From NCBI RefSeq assembly GCF_000315625.1, contig NW_005434622.1:405242-469241 (forward strand): a DNA stretch of 64,000 nucleotides, written 5' to 3'. How positions within the stretch are numbered: position 1 is the stretch's first letter; each line of letters opens with the position of its first letter. The stretch comes from Guillardia theta CCMP2712. Taxonomy: Eukaryota > Protista > Cryptophyta. Of the stretch, positions 11,074 through 22,639 are shown piece after piece. The translations under genes were made by a program, and so were the position numbers. A model generated the notes under the pieces. It ran no database searches. It was not told the origin of the DNA and saw only the letters and a program-made list of their open reading frames with translations.

Positions 11074-13440
11074 TCATCTCTTCTCTTCGTTGGACGAGGA
11101 AGAGACACTGAGAGAGTTGGCAACCTTGATACAGAGTGAGAAAGAAGAGCCACATAACAGGCACATGAGCAGATGAGAGAATTTCTATATTCACCTGCAG
11201 CGCCTGCAGAGACTCGGTGAGAAGAGACATCAAGGCCTTCGACTCGTTGACATCGCCGCAGCTGATCAGCGCCTGCACAACCGATTAAACCTGCCATTGT
11301 CCTGCAGAATCTCTCTAAGCACCTCTGAGCACGAGAACATCTTGCTGAGGATCGCACGCTTCGCTGCGACCAACACGGTGCTTTCATCGAGAGCACTCTT
11401 GCTCTGCAAGGAAAACACCTTAGCGGCGACGAGAGAAACAAAAATTCGGAGGAGGAGGAGGAGGAGGAGGAGGAGGAGAAATTCAAGATAGGAGGAAAAG
11501 AGACACAACAGGATGAGAAGATCGGATACAATGAGGAAAAAAGAGCAAAGAATAGAACAGAGGTAGCAGCTAGAAACGGCACCACAACATGAAATCACCG
11601 ATGAGTTGGTAGAGCGAAAGAGAATCGCTCCTCTCGTTGGCGATCTGGATGATGGCGATCGAGCATGGTCTGAAGCCTTGGGAGGGGAAAGCCTGCGGAA
11701 GGAGATGAGAGATCTTTCATCTCCTTGTTCTTTACCTTCCGTTCTCCTCGTTGGAAAACTTCAAAGACTTTCCAAGTTCGGACTCGTTCAACTTCCCATC
11801 TGCCATTGCACGTCAAAGTCAGCAGATCCCTCTTGCCTTGTCGGCAACCTTCCAACTTATCTTCCAACTCCTTGCGCTGCTGAATGAACAAAGTCAGTCT
11901 TTCGTCAAGACTTTGACTAGATTTTCTCGTCAGAATCCCGACCATCCTTCAATACATTATCCTATCAGATCTATCTCAGCCTTGACACACCTGGAAGGAG
12001 AGGGGGGGGCCAAACTGCTCATCGCAATATCCGCAAACTTCAGAGTTGACGCAATGCTGGGGATTCAACATGAGAAAAGAAATGAGGAGATGGAGTCGGG
12101 AAGCAGACAAAACAACAGGATGGGCTTACACCTTCACTGCTGTCTTGGGGTCGAGCATGAGGGGCACGAGGCACCCTTCGACAGGACAAGTTTCACCCAG
12201 CAGAGTCCATCCTGACATCAGGCGTGAGACCACCATGAAGCAATGTGGCGACGAGGGTTTGGGGAAACAGCAGGTGAAGGATGGGAGGATGTGGAGAACG
12301 AGGAGGTTGAGAACGGAGACGGAATGGAGGAGGAGGAGGAGGAGAGAGAAACGAGCTGGAGGAGAACCTTGCAAGAGTTTCTGCGCGATGGCCGAGCTTG
12401 CCTTGGTCGGGTCTGCAAGGCGATTCTTCGAGCAAGTCAAAGTCTGACAGCGCGACACGGCGAAGAAAACTCATGAGGGACTGACCGGCATCGGGGAGAA
12501 TGAAGAGCCTGCGGAAGGAGCGGGTCCTCCTGCAACCCCTTCCTCACGTCATTCGTGAACCAGGCATGATAAAAGGGGATCACCTCTGACAGGAAAAGGC
12601 GGGCAGGCATGCGAAGACGGAGAAATGAAAGGGAGAAGTTTCAGAGGTTGAGCTTTTGTTGCAAGAGGGTTGAAAGATGCAGAACCTCGATGTGTAACCG
12701 AACTCTTGGATGAGGGACCTTGGCGCCACTTTCCCTTTTTGGTACATGTCAAGGAGTTCGGATGAGCCTTCTTGGGGTTTGTGATTCACCATTGTTGATG
12801 GATTGCGACGTGATGGGAAACTCTTTGCTGATTTCAGTCTCACAGTTGACGCAGTAAAGTTCTCCAAGACTGAAGTTTGCGGTGAGCAACGAGCAATGAA
12901 AGCAGATGCTGACTGTCTCCAGCCAATTCTCTTGCATTATTTGTTACGAGTACTCAGTCATCACCTGTTCTTGATGAGCGGCGCATGAATGCACTTGGGA
13001 CAAGATTCAGACTGTTAGCAAATGTTGCCGTCAGGATGCTCATCAGCAGAGAGCAAGTTAGAACAGCCACTGACCGCAAGCGTCCACCCCCTCATAAGCT
13101 TCTCTCCGATGGCAAAAGAAATTCTTTTGCTGCTGTTGCGCCTCATGTCAGCTCAGATGGAAAGTCTGGGAGACTAGCACAGATGCATATCATGACAGTT
13201 TTCATCAGTGATTATCCGAGCATAGCCACAAACAATCAGCAAGGGCGGGAAGGGACAGGAAAGGAAGAGGATCGGGCCGTCAAAGTCCATTGGCAAGATA
13301 CAGGCCGGATAACTCAGACAAGACAGCTTCAACCATGACGATTCCAAGTCTGAGAGACGACTGTCTGATCCAGAACGTCGCTGATCATCCTCCCTCTCGT
13401 CTCCAACAGCTTCTCACCTCATCTCACCCGCCGCTGCCAT
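11074..13440 (-). CDS. SSSCA1/ZNRD2 (Auto_anti-p27)-like protein with two zinc-ribbon domains, multi-exon
   Basis: Spliced reading gives SKRISFAIGEKLMRGWTLA|SESCPKCIHAPLIKN..LGELYCVNCE and SSAIAQKLLQG|WTLLGETCPVEGCLVPLMLDPK, plus a C-terminal helical AAKRAILSKM...LMSLLTESLQALQ segment typical of the family. Confidence 0.75.
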
Positions 13441-13514
13441 GGCGCCGACGGAAGGGCAGTAGGAGGGGAATGTATGCTAGGACGAGAGGCGATCGAGTCT
13501 TGTTGCTGCCTTCT

Positions 13515-13841
13515 AGGTACTGGCCCGCCTCAGACTCGTTAGGCTGATGCGGCCATCCCGGGGCCGGGAGTCCACCGTCCCGGCCGGTCCCCAGTCACTT
13601 CAGTGAACGGTGTCCGATCACTGTCCAATGGCACTGCCCCCGGGCCCAGCGGCACTGCGGCCGGGCACTGCTCAGCTCCGGGAGAGGGGGAGGGGGGGGG
13701 ACCGGGCCGTCAGGGAGTCAAGATGCTCAGTTCATTCAAGTCCGACTCAGTTACCTTGACTCTCAAGTTTTACTAGCCAGCGCTGCCACGGCGTGACACT
13801 CAGTGACTCACGGCAGTTCCGATCCACTGGGCCAGTCACCG
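13515..13841. promoter_or_regulatory. GC-rich CCGG/CTCAG/GTCAC-dense intergenic island
   Basis: Non-coding GC-rich block upstream of the SSSCA1-like gene, sharing motifs such as actcagtgac with islands at 33.3, 38.4 and 45.3 kb. Confidence 0.5.
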
Positions 13842-16800
13842 TCAGTAGGTGCTGTGGTTCTCCGCCGTGAAGTCAGGAACCAGGTATCCTTGGTCTCTCT
13901 CTGAGCAGCAAGGCGCGGCACTGGCAGCCTCCTGCAACGAGGCAGCCTGAGGCTTCTCGTTGATCCCCTGGCTCAGGGAGAGGTAGATTCCTCCACCATC
14001 CTCGTAGCACTGCGAGCAGACCCTCTTCCCCCTCGGCCGGTGACCCGAGCAGCTGTTGCAGACCACGTTCCCGCACATCCTGCAGTGATGCCGCCTCCTG
14101 ATGAAGCCGAACTCAGCAGAGCACACCTTGCATGCCGCCGCTGCATCGTCGGGGACCCACAGCGGGTCCCAGTCTTTGAGGCCATGAAGCAGCTTCACCC
14201 ACACGGAGTTCCTCGACTTCAGCCTCTCCTGCAGCGCCCGTATCTTGTTCTCCACCACGTCCTGTCCTGCCGCAGACTGAGCCCTCCCCCCCTTCGCCCT
14301 GCCGCACTGCCGGTCGGCGGCTCGCTGCGACAGCTCCCATGCCTTGTCGTACTGACCCTTGTGCTCGTAGATGGTCGCCATCTCGTAGAAGGCGGCGGCT
14401 ACATCAAGGAGCTCTCCCTTGATCACTCCCTTGCTCGCTGCCTGCGAGTGACACTCTATCGCCTGCACGAAGTGCCTCAGAGCAGCCTCGAGGTCGCCGA
14501 GCAGCATGTAGATCTGCCCGACGCTGAACAGCCCCATCGCGCAGTGCCGCTTGCCCAGCACTCGCATGCGGATTTCGTTGTACATCTTGTAATATCTCAG
14601 GGCCAGGTCAAGCTTGTTCTGCTTCTTTAGCACCTCCGCCATCTTGCGGTACTGAGCCGACAGGGCAAGGTCGCCCGGCCTCCATATGAGGTAGATGAGA
14701 AGCGACTCCTCGTACCACCCCTGGGCCCTTTCATACTTCCCCATCTCCGCAAAGTGAGACCCCAGCAGGTTCTTCAGCTCGGCGATGTAGAGGTGCTGGC
14801 GGCCGAGGGCTGCGATGAAGGTGTCTAGCGCGAGGTGAAAGCTCTCACGCGCCTCCGATCGCAGGCCAGCGCGAGCATAGACCCCGGCGATGCAGAGGTA
14901 GAGCTTGCCGAGGAGGAAGGGAGGGATCTTGGTGGACTCCCTCAGGCTGATGGCCTCCCGGTACCATCGGATCGCAGCTGCAGTGTCGCCGAGATTCTCC
15001 TTGAGGAAGCCGACGAAGGAAAGGACACGGACCTGCTGGAAGAGGAAGAAGAAGTTTCCGCGGTCAACCTCCCTCAGCAGCTCCAGGCTTCTGATGCAGC
15101 ACTCCAGACTCTCCTCGTACCTCCTCTGGTTCGCAAGGATCCACGCCAGCTCAGACTGAGCAAGGATCAAGCATTCGCTCCGCACTTTCCCCTCCGACAG
15201 GTGCCCAAGCATCTGCACACAGACCTCTTCAGCCTCGAACAACCTCTTGCTCCTGCACAAGACCCTCGTCAGCAGCCACGTGGTGGACCAGATGTCTCCC
15301 GCATCTGACTTGCTTCCAGTGATCTTAGAGCACAGTGCCTCGATCTCCAAGCACATCACTGCGACAGGATTCAGAACCGACGCTCTCTCCTCGTCCCCTG
15401 CCCCCTTGAACTTCTTTGTAGATTTGACGGCTCCCTGCTCACTGTCAGCTGAAGCTCCGTCAGCCCATGGACTCAGCGAGAAGATGCTGCTCTCCAACAC
15501 ATCGACAGGCTCCTCAAGCACCATGTTCCGCTCCGCTCCCACGAGCATGCGAACGTTCTGAACGATCATGGCGGAGGAGAGTCTCTGCGACGGTTCGAGA
15601 CTCAGACATCTCGCAAGCACACCCGCAAGCGCCGACCCTTCGCTCCCAACAAAGTGATCGAGGCGGATGGAGAAGTCGTCATCAACATCCGCCAGGTCCA
15701 TCGCGTCAGCCGTACCATGGCTGAGCTCGCAAACTGCCTCCTCCCCTTCAGTCTCCTCCCTCAATTTCGTCCCTTCCTTGGATCGGGTTGAGGAGGCGAC
15801 GCACCTGAGATGTGAGACGAACCGTCGGAAGCCGATCCTTCGCATCTTGTCGAGCAAGCCCAGCAAGTCAAGTACGGTAGTCGCCCACGCCCACGAGTCA
15901 CTCAGCTTACTGATCGGCTGCTCCTCGGGCCCCTCGGTCGGAGGATCCTTACAGAAATCTCTCCAGTAGGCGCTGATGGAGATGGGAAACATCTTGTTTC
16001 TCATCATGTCCTTCCTCTCCTGCCATCTCGCAGCTTCTACCCCTGGCAGAGGAACGACCTGCTCGGGGCTCCAGTACCCGGGAGTCCCTCCCCTGGACAT
16101 GCCGGGCTGCTCGAATCTGCTCGAGAAGTCCCAGTCACAGATCATGCAGTGCAGCTCATCGAGCAAGGCCTCCGGGTTCTGCTGACCTCGTGGTGGAGAT
16201 CTGACGAGGATGTTCTGAGGTTTCAGGTCCAGGTGGACCACAGACATGGAGTGCAGGTGCTCAAGGCCTTGCGCTACCTGTAGGGAGATCGCTAGAAAAA
16301 CTTTCTGCTTCTGCCGCGGCGCCAGCAGCTGCAGCTCAGCGTCGAGGGACATCCAGGCGTCAAGGAGGGAGACGGGAGCATGAGGCGAATGTGGAAGCAC
16401 AAAATTGCCGTCGAGGATCGCGATGAGCGGGGCGATGTTGGGGTGCCATTCAACCTTCCTCAGCGTACTCTCCTTCTCCCCCCTCCTCGCGCCCTTGCTG
16501 CTCCTTATCGTATGCGCAAACTTCATCATCAGCCCGACTCCCTCCCCGCGTCCATCACTCAGCTCCGCCGAGGCCATAGAGGAATCGCTCCCCTCCTGGA
16601 AGTTGAAGCAGACCCCACGCAGCCAATCGCAGAGGGGAGGTCCGAGACGAGAGAGCTCAGGTACTGTTCTCGCTCGCATGCCGTCCACACAGACACGAGG
16701 AGCTCACCTTGGTGCGGGTCCACCAGCACGCTCTGCAGGAAGACGGGGAACTTGCCAGGAAGGTTCAGCCATCTCCGTATCCTGCTCACTAGCGCGTCCA

Positions 16801-17131
16801 CTTGGGTCAGGTCTGTGAAGCGCTCTTCCTGGATCACATGGTGCTCAGTCCAATGCGCATCCGCCCAGCACACTTGGAGGATGTAGGTCTGCTGCTGTTC
16901 CGCCGGCTCCGAGTCGATCCTGAACTTGCGCGATGCCCTCGAGGCCTCCATACTCCTGCTCCCCCGCAGCTGCTGCGGAGGAGCCGCATGCTCAGCTCGG
17001 GCTGCACTCGGCAATGATCCGCCATGCTTCTCTTGTTGGACGTCCTCTACTACCGGAGCAACCGAGGACTCTCCATGGCACCTGGCAAGCTTCTGCTCGA
17101 GCAGCACAAAGGGGAGGTTCAGTTCAAACAT
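13842..17131 (-). CDS. Protein kinase-like domain + TPR array + C-terminal FYVE domain
   Basis: Exon 16708-17131 joins the 948-aa ORF via intron 16664-16707. Kinase motifs HPNI, HLDLKPQN, ICDWDFS, GTPGYWSPE, DSWAW; kinesin-light-chain-like TPRs; FYVE WVPDD..CKVC..RRRHHCRMCG..CNSCS..RVCSQC. Confidence 0.88.
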
Positions 17132-17159
17132 GCGCAGCTACATGACGATGGGAGAGGAG

Positions 17160-17470
17160 CGCATGCAAGCAAGAGGAGAGAAGAAGAGGGAGGTACAGGA
17201 GGAGGAGGCTGCGGAGTCGTAGGGGACACAAGCAGGGAAGGGGAGGACGGGAAGGGCGGACGGCAACAGAGAGGGGGCGAAGGGGGCAGGAAATGGTGAA
17301 GGCGGGGAAGAGGGCCGGCATCGGAAATAAGAGGAAGGGCCTGGAGGAGGAAGGAACGTAGGAGGGTGAGAGAGAGGGGAAGGAGGCGAATGGTGGAACG
17401 AAGGGAGGAGGGGGGAGAGAAGGGAGAAGGGGGGAGAGAAAGAATGGGAAGGGGGAGTGTAGGCCAGGAG
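17160..17470. repeat. Polypurine (G/A) low-complexity tract upstream of the kinase gene
   Basis: Read directly. Confidence 0.7.
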
Positions 17471-17534
17471 GAACGGTTGGTGGAAGAGCGGCGTCCTAGA
17501 CATTAAAAGCTTCATTCAATCACTCATTCCCAGC

Positions 17535-19327
17535 CTACTCCTCCCCGCCTGGCTCCTTCGCCGTCATCGTCTCCACCTTTTGCTTCCATTTCTCACAGAT
17601 GTTCTTCCACTCCTCCAGTTCCTCCTGAGGAACAAGAGTATCAGCGCCAGCCCTCAGTCCTTCGCCATCACCTCAAGCGCCTTGATGGTCGAGTCCTTGT
17701 CGGTGAGGGAGGACTGCAGTTGCCCTCTCTCCTCCAGCATCATCCATACCATCTGGTCCTTCACCTTGAGCAGATTCCGCATCTCCTGCACCTGCTCCTC
17801 TAGAGATTTCTCCTCGTCCCCTGGCGGCGCTCCCTTGCCTTCCTTGGAGGGAGCAGGCGACCGCTGAAGCCCTCGTATCGCCTTGACTTCCTCACGGAGC
17901 GATCCTGCGCTCTCCTCGATGGTGGTCTTGAATTTCTTGTTCGCCATCTAGACATGCTTGATGACCAACTTCACATACCAGCACTGAGTCACCTGTTGAC
18001 ACTGTATGCTAAGCTCGTCATAGCGTGATAGCAACGTCCAGACTTCAGTCTGATTCTGCGGTTTTCTCTGAAGGGGCAAGGGAGTAAGGAGGAGGAGGCT
18101 ACAGCGGGCAGTGCTCACAGGCTGGAGGTTGTCAGTGAAGTCATGAATCTGCTGCACGTCTCTCATCAGCGTCTCCAAGTCCCTTGTGAGCGAGGAGATC
18201 TTCCGATCGGCAGCGATGTGGATCTGCCCAGGAAGGTCATAGCGAGGAGGGAGTGCAAGGATGTGCAGACCTGTTCGAGCAGCGCCTGATGGTCCTTCTG
18301 CGCCTCCTCCAGGATCTGATCCCTTGCAAAGAAGATCTCTCGAGTTCTATCCTCAACCATCACCACCTGAAATCCTTCTCGTCACCCTGATGCTGCCAAC
18401 TACCTCCTGCTACGACGATGCAAACCTGATTCCTAAGAGCCTCAAGTTTTGGGCGCAGCAAACATTCGAATTGGTCCTGCAGCATCTCCATCTTGCGGCT
18501 AAACTCCGACATCATCTTCTGATCCAAGTACTTGAAGCCATCGATCAGATTGGAGATCGACAAGTCAAACAATCATTCACATCAGGATGTCCGTAAGAGC
18601 TGAAGAAGGGGAATGAAGGCGAGTTCCGTTTGACATAGTGTGGATAATTTGCCTCATTGCCATAGCTATGCTGCAGAATCTCAAGTCAGACCATCCTGAA
18701 AACGTACGAGACGACAAGTTTACGCTGGCTTGATAGATATGCTGAGACGCCGGGACGCGATGGTCTTCCAGATTGTCTGCATGAGGATGGAAGTGGACTT
18801 GCTGCTTTGCGTGCTCGTAGTCATATTGTATTGCGCGATCTGTGCTCCTCACTTGGCTACTCGAGTTCTAGAAATTGTAATTTCAGCGATACATATCAGA
18901 ATTCCATGGGGTTTGTATGCAGCCCCCTCACCTTGACTGAAGGCATGTTGGAAGTTCGACTGTCTGTTGAAGGCTCTCTCGCCCCAGCGCTTTCTTGTTC
19001 GAGAAGCTTCCGCAGGAGATTCTGTATCTCGCTACTTCTTTCTGTTAAGAGTAGAACGTCAGTGCATGGTTGATTCTTACAGCAATGATTCTCGAGGAGC
19101 CTGGAAGACATTCAAAGAACCAAATTCACAGCGTCACGTACAGAGCGGGGATTGGATGATTGCAATATTAGCACATGGACAACATGAAAGGTCTTGAAAC
19201 GTGCACGCCAAGCACAAAGTCTCTCCCATCCGTAGACAATACTTTGAACTCCTCCTCCTCCTCCTCCTCCTCCCTCGCCTTCCACTCCCTCCGTGCACTT
19301 ACCCGCCATCATAGATTTCGAATTCAT
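17535..19327 (-). CDS. Multi-exon coiled-coil hypothetical protein
   Basis: Chain of short minus-strand ORFs with heptad-like E/K/Q/L content (e.g. SLEEQVQEMRNLLKVKDQMVW) separated by intron-like segments; ends approximate. Confidence 0.55.
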
Positions 19328-19349
19328 TGCTCCACCTCCCCTCTCTGAC

Positions 19350-19890
19350 CCAATACTTGAGTAAAATAAGTTGAGTAAACCTTCTGTATTGCTCGCTTGG
19401 GTGGTATCACCCCCCACCCATTGCATTTCATTGCACCCTACAAAGACTAGTTATATGAAGGGGTAATTTGAGGGATCAAGACATACCCCACCCCCTATCT
19501 TCCTATGATTTATTCCATTCCAGTCCTGACGCGGGCCTGTCGTGGAAGAAGAGAAGGTGGAGGTGGGGTGGGTATGAGAAAGGGGTGTTTTGATCCATGG
19601 GGGTACTGTCGGATGGTGGGTCCTATCATCGATTACGTATAAGGGGTCGGAATTTAGTTGGGTAGGTAGTATACCCCTACCTGAATTTACCAACAAAAAT
19701 TAAAACTAAATGACCGGTAATATGAAGTCTTGCACCAAGACGATTGCCAGGTCAACGTACCATATCGCATTTCACCACCCGTCAATAAAATCCAACTACC
19801 CCACCCTTGATTGTACTTGTACCCTACCATGGGGCTATTCACTCAGGCACCCATCACAGGTCGATGCGCACAGGGGGTAGAGGTAGTCAG
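19350..19890. promoter_or_regulatory. TACCCC/GGGGTA-rich divergent intergenic island with two TTGAGTAAA motifs at its left edge
   Basis: TTGAGTAAA at 19357 and 19371; many acccc/ggggt motifs; lies between a minus-strand gene start and COX10. Confidence 0.5.
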
Positions 19891-20806
19891 GGTCATAGCG
19901 CATCATGCAGTTGATGCGCCGCCTATAACATGTCCTTGAGCGCCTCTATGCTCTCGCCCTCCGGCTTTATGACCGACCATGCTCCTCCTCAATCCTCCCC
20001 CGCCTCCTCCTCAATCCCTAGTTTCAACATTATGCTACCTTCAGTTATCAGTCCCTCTCCTCCAAACATTCAACCTGTTGCCCTTTGATCTACGGCCGAA
20101 CTGCATTTCCTGTTCTCACCTTGCAAGCACCTTTTGTCGTTTATCCTGCTCACTACTTCTTATCCACAATGATTGATCCCTGTGTTTGCTTGCTTCTGTA
20201 CATGCTTTCAGCTCTCTATGGAACAATCTGACTGCCTAATCCCTAGTACGTTTCCTTGCCGCTGTTCTTTCACTCCAATCACTTTCGGCTTTCTTGAAAT
20301 AGATCGAACGAGTCTAATCCAACTAAGTCTCATTTTAGCATGACATATGCAATCAATCCGTGCATAGCTCAATTTCATTTGATTGTGCTGCTAGGGTGTC
20401 GCACATTCGCTTCCCTACGACTTCTTGTGCTTGCATTGACTCCACGTGCCCCCTCCTCCTGCCATTCAGCTTTTATTTCTGCGTCTTGGTCTCTCCCACT
20501 TCCTCTCGTTACGTTTCTCATCATATGTCTCCCAGTCTGTTGCGAAATGAAGATTCCTGTCTTTGCGCTGCTTTCGACATGTCTGACTTTTAACGTTCAG
20601 CCAGCGGCCGAGCTGGAAGGGTTCACCAGGGACAGCGGTCAGTTGATTGTTGTTCAGTGTTGATGGCACGATCAACATTGGGCATGATGACTGTCATCTT
20701 GCCAAGGTATCTCCTCTCCGGCTTTTGATGTGCATTTTGACTAGCAGATCTCAGGTCCCGCCTTCAACAAGCTTCCCAACGGTGCTTCTCCATCCTGCAG
20801 AGCAAT

Positions 20807-22485
20807 ATGGCGACAAGAACTTTTGTCAGGCAGAGACAATTCCGGTTTCAGATCCCTCGTTCAACAGCATTCTCTTCAAGGCCCCCACAGGAAGATACGC
20901 TCAACCTGGCTGCATTGGAATCCACCGCCCAAGCTATCGACCCGGAAGCTGCACTGCAAGGAGAGAAAAGGAAAACAAGGAGCAAGTCTGACGTAAAACC
21001 GTGGGAATGGCCTGCTGTGTACTTTGAAACTGGAAAGGGAAAGTTGAGCTCATTAGTAACGCTTACAGCAGCTGCTGGGTAAACGACTTGTTCTCTATTT
21101 GATTTTCTTATTGTTCTCCTGCAGGTTTGCTATTGCGATTCCAGTCGGTGCGCCATTCTCATGGACGGGCATGGCTATGACGAGTGCTGGAACGATGCTC
21201 TCTGCGATGAGTGCCAGTGCATTCAATCAGATTCTTGAGCGCGAAAATGACTCCAGGATGGTGCGCACAGGTACTTTTGCGATGTACCATCGTCATCTCG
21301 TTTGACTTGGATGGTAGGTCGTCGCCCTCTCGTTGTTGGAAAGATTTCTCCGCTGCATGCATCGATTGCAGCATCGTTTGCGGGTGTCGGTGGGGTTGCT
21401 CTCCTAGCAGTGACTACAAACCCTCTTGCCGCCTCTCTCGCTGCTGCCAACATCGGTACCGCTCAAAGTCCTGTGGTTGAGCATGTTAACTGCTACTGCA
21501 GGCATCTACACGTCTCTTTATACCCCGATGAAACAGAAGACCATCTGGAACACTTGGGTCGGTGCCGTCGTTGGCGCGATCCCTCCCATGATCGGATGGG
21601 CGGCAGCAACTGGGGATTTAGGGATCGGGGTGGGAATCGAGTGCTGTCTTGTCTTGGATTTCTGACAAGCTCTCCAGGCGTTTGTGATGGGGGGGCTGTT
21701 GTTCTCGTGGCAGATGCCACATTTCCTTTCCCTAGCGTACATGATGCGCAAAGAGTACAAGTGAGTCAAGTCAGAGCGATAAGACGAGGTTGCGTTGATC
21801 AGAGTCCTTAGGTTGGGAGGCTACAAGATGATGCCAGGAGAGCCAAGCACGCCTGAGCTTGCAAGAGCCACCATGGCATGTATGCGGCACTGCCTCTACT
21901 TGGAGGTGAAGATGCTCGACGCATGGTGGGCTCAGATGTGACTCGACTGATTGCCAGGCAATGTGTGTTGGTGCGCCCCTACTCGGCATGGTGCATCCGA
22001 TCTTCGCTGCAGAGGCCACGGTGAGTTGAAAGGAAGGAAAGGAATTGTCTCTTGACCTTGACTCGTGCAGGTTCTCAACGGCTTGTTCGCATACTTGGCG
22101 TATGACTTTCATCAGAAAGGTCTTGCTGGGCACCCAGGTATGCACTGGTGGCGCTTTTAGGGTGATTGTGACTTGCTCGTTCCAGCCAAGACAAATACTT
22201 CAGCTCGCAAACTCTTCCTAGGGAGTCTTCTCTACCTGCCGCTGTTGCTTGCTTTCATGGTATCCAGGAGGGAGAGAAGAGGAGCTCTATTGCTCACAAG
22301 GATTGCAGGTTTACCATAGATGTGCGACAGTGCCGGCAGAGAGCGAAGATGTTCACGGGTAATTTTCTCAATTTGTTCTTATCACAAAATGATATCTGCG
22401 TAGATGCCCTTTCCTGGACGCGTCCAAGATTGTCTCCGAACATGATAAGCAAACGATGAAAAGAAATGCCAGCTCACCCAAGTGA
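20807..22485 (+). CDS. COX10: Protoheme IX farnesyltransferase (heme O synthase), mitochondrial, multi-exon
   Basis: Arg-rich presequence-like N-terminus; UbiA/COX10 motifs [79 protein letters not shown]; stop at 22483-22485. Confidence 0.93.
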
Positions 22486-22639
22486 ACCTTGTTATCAATC
22501 ACAGAAGCCTGTTGAGTAGACCCTGCTGATGTTGTGTACTTTCAAGAAATTTTTATCGTTTTCGTATTCAAACAAAAGCGTTTCTTATATCTTCTCCTGA
22601 GTCCTAAGACTCGTTTGAGCACTTCGGTAAGCCTCCGCA

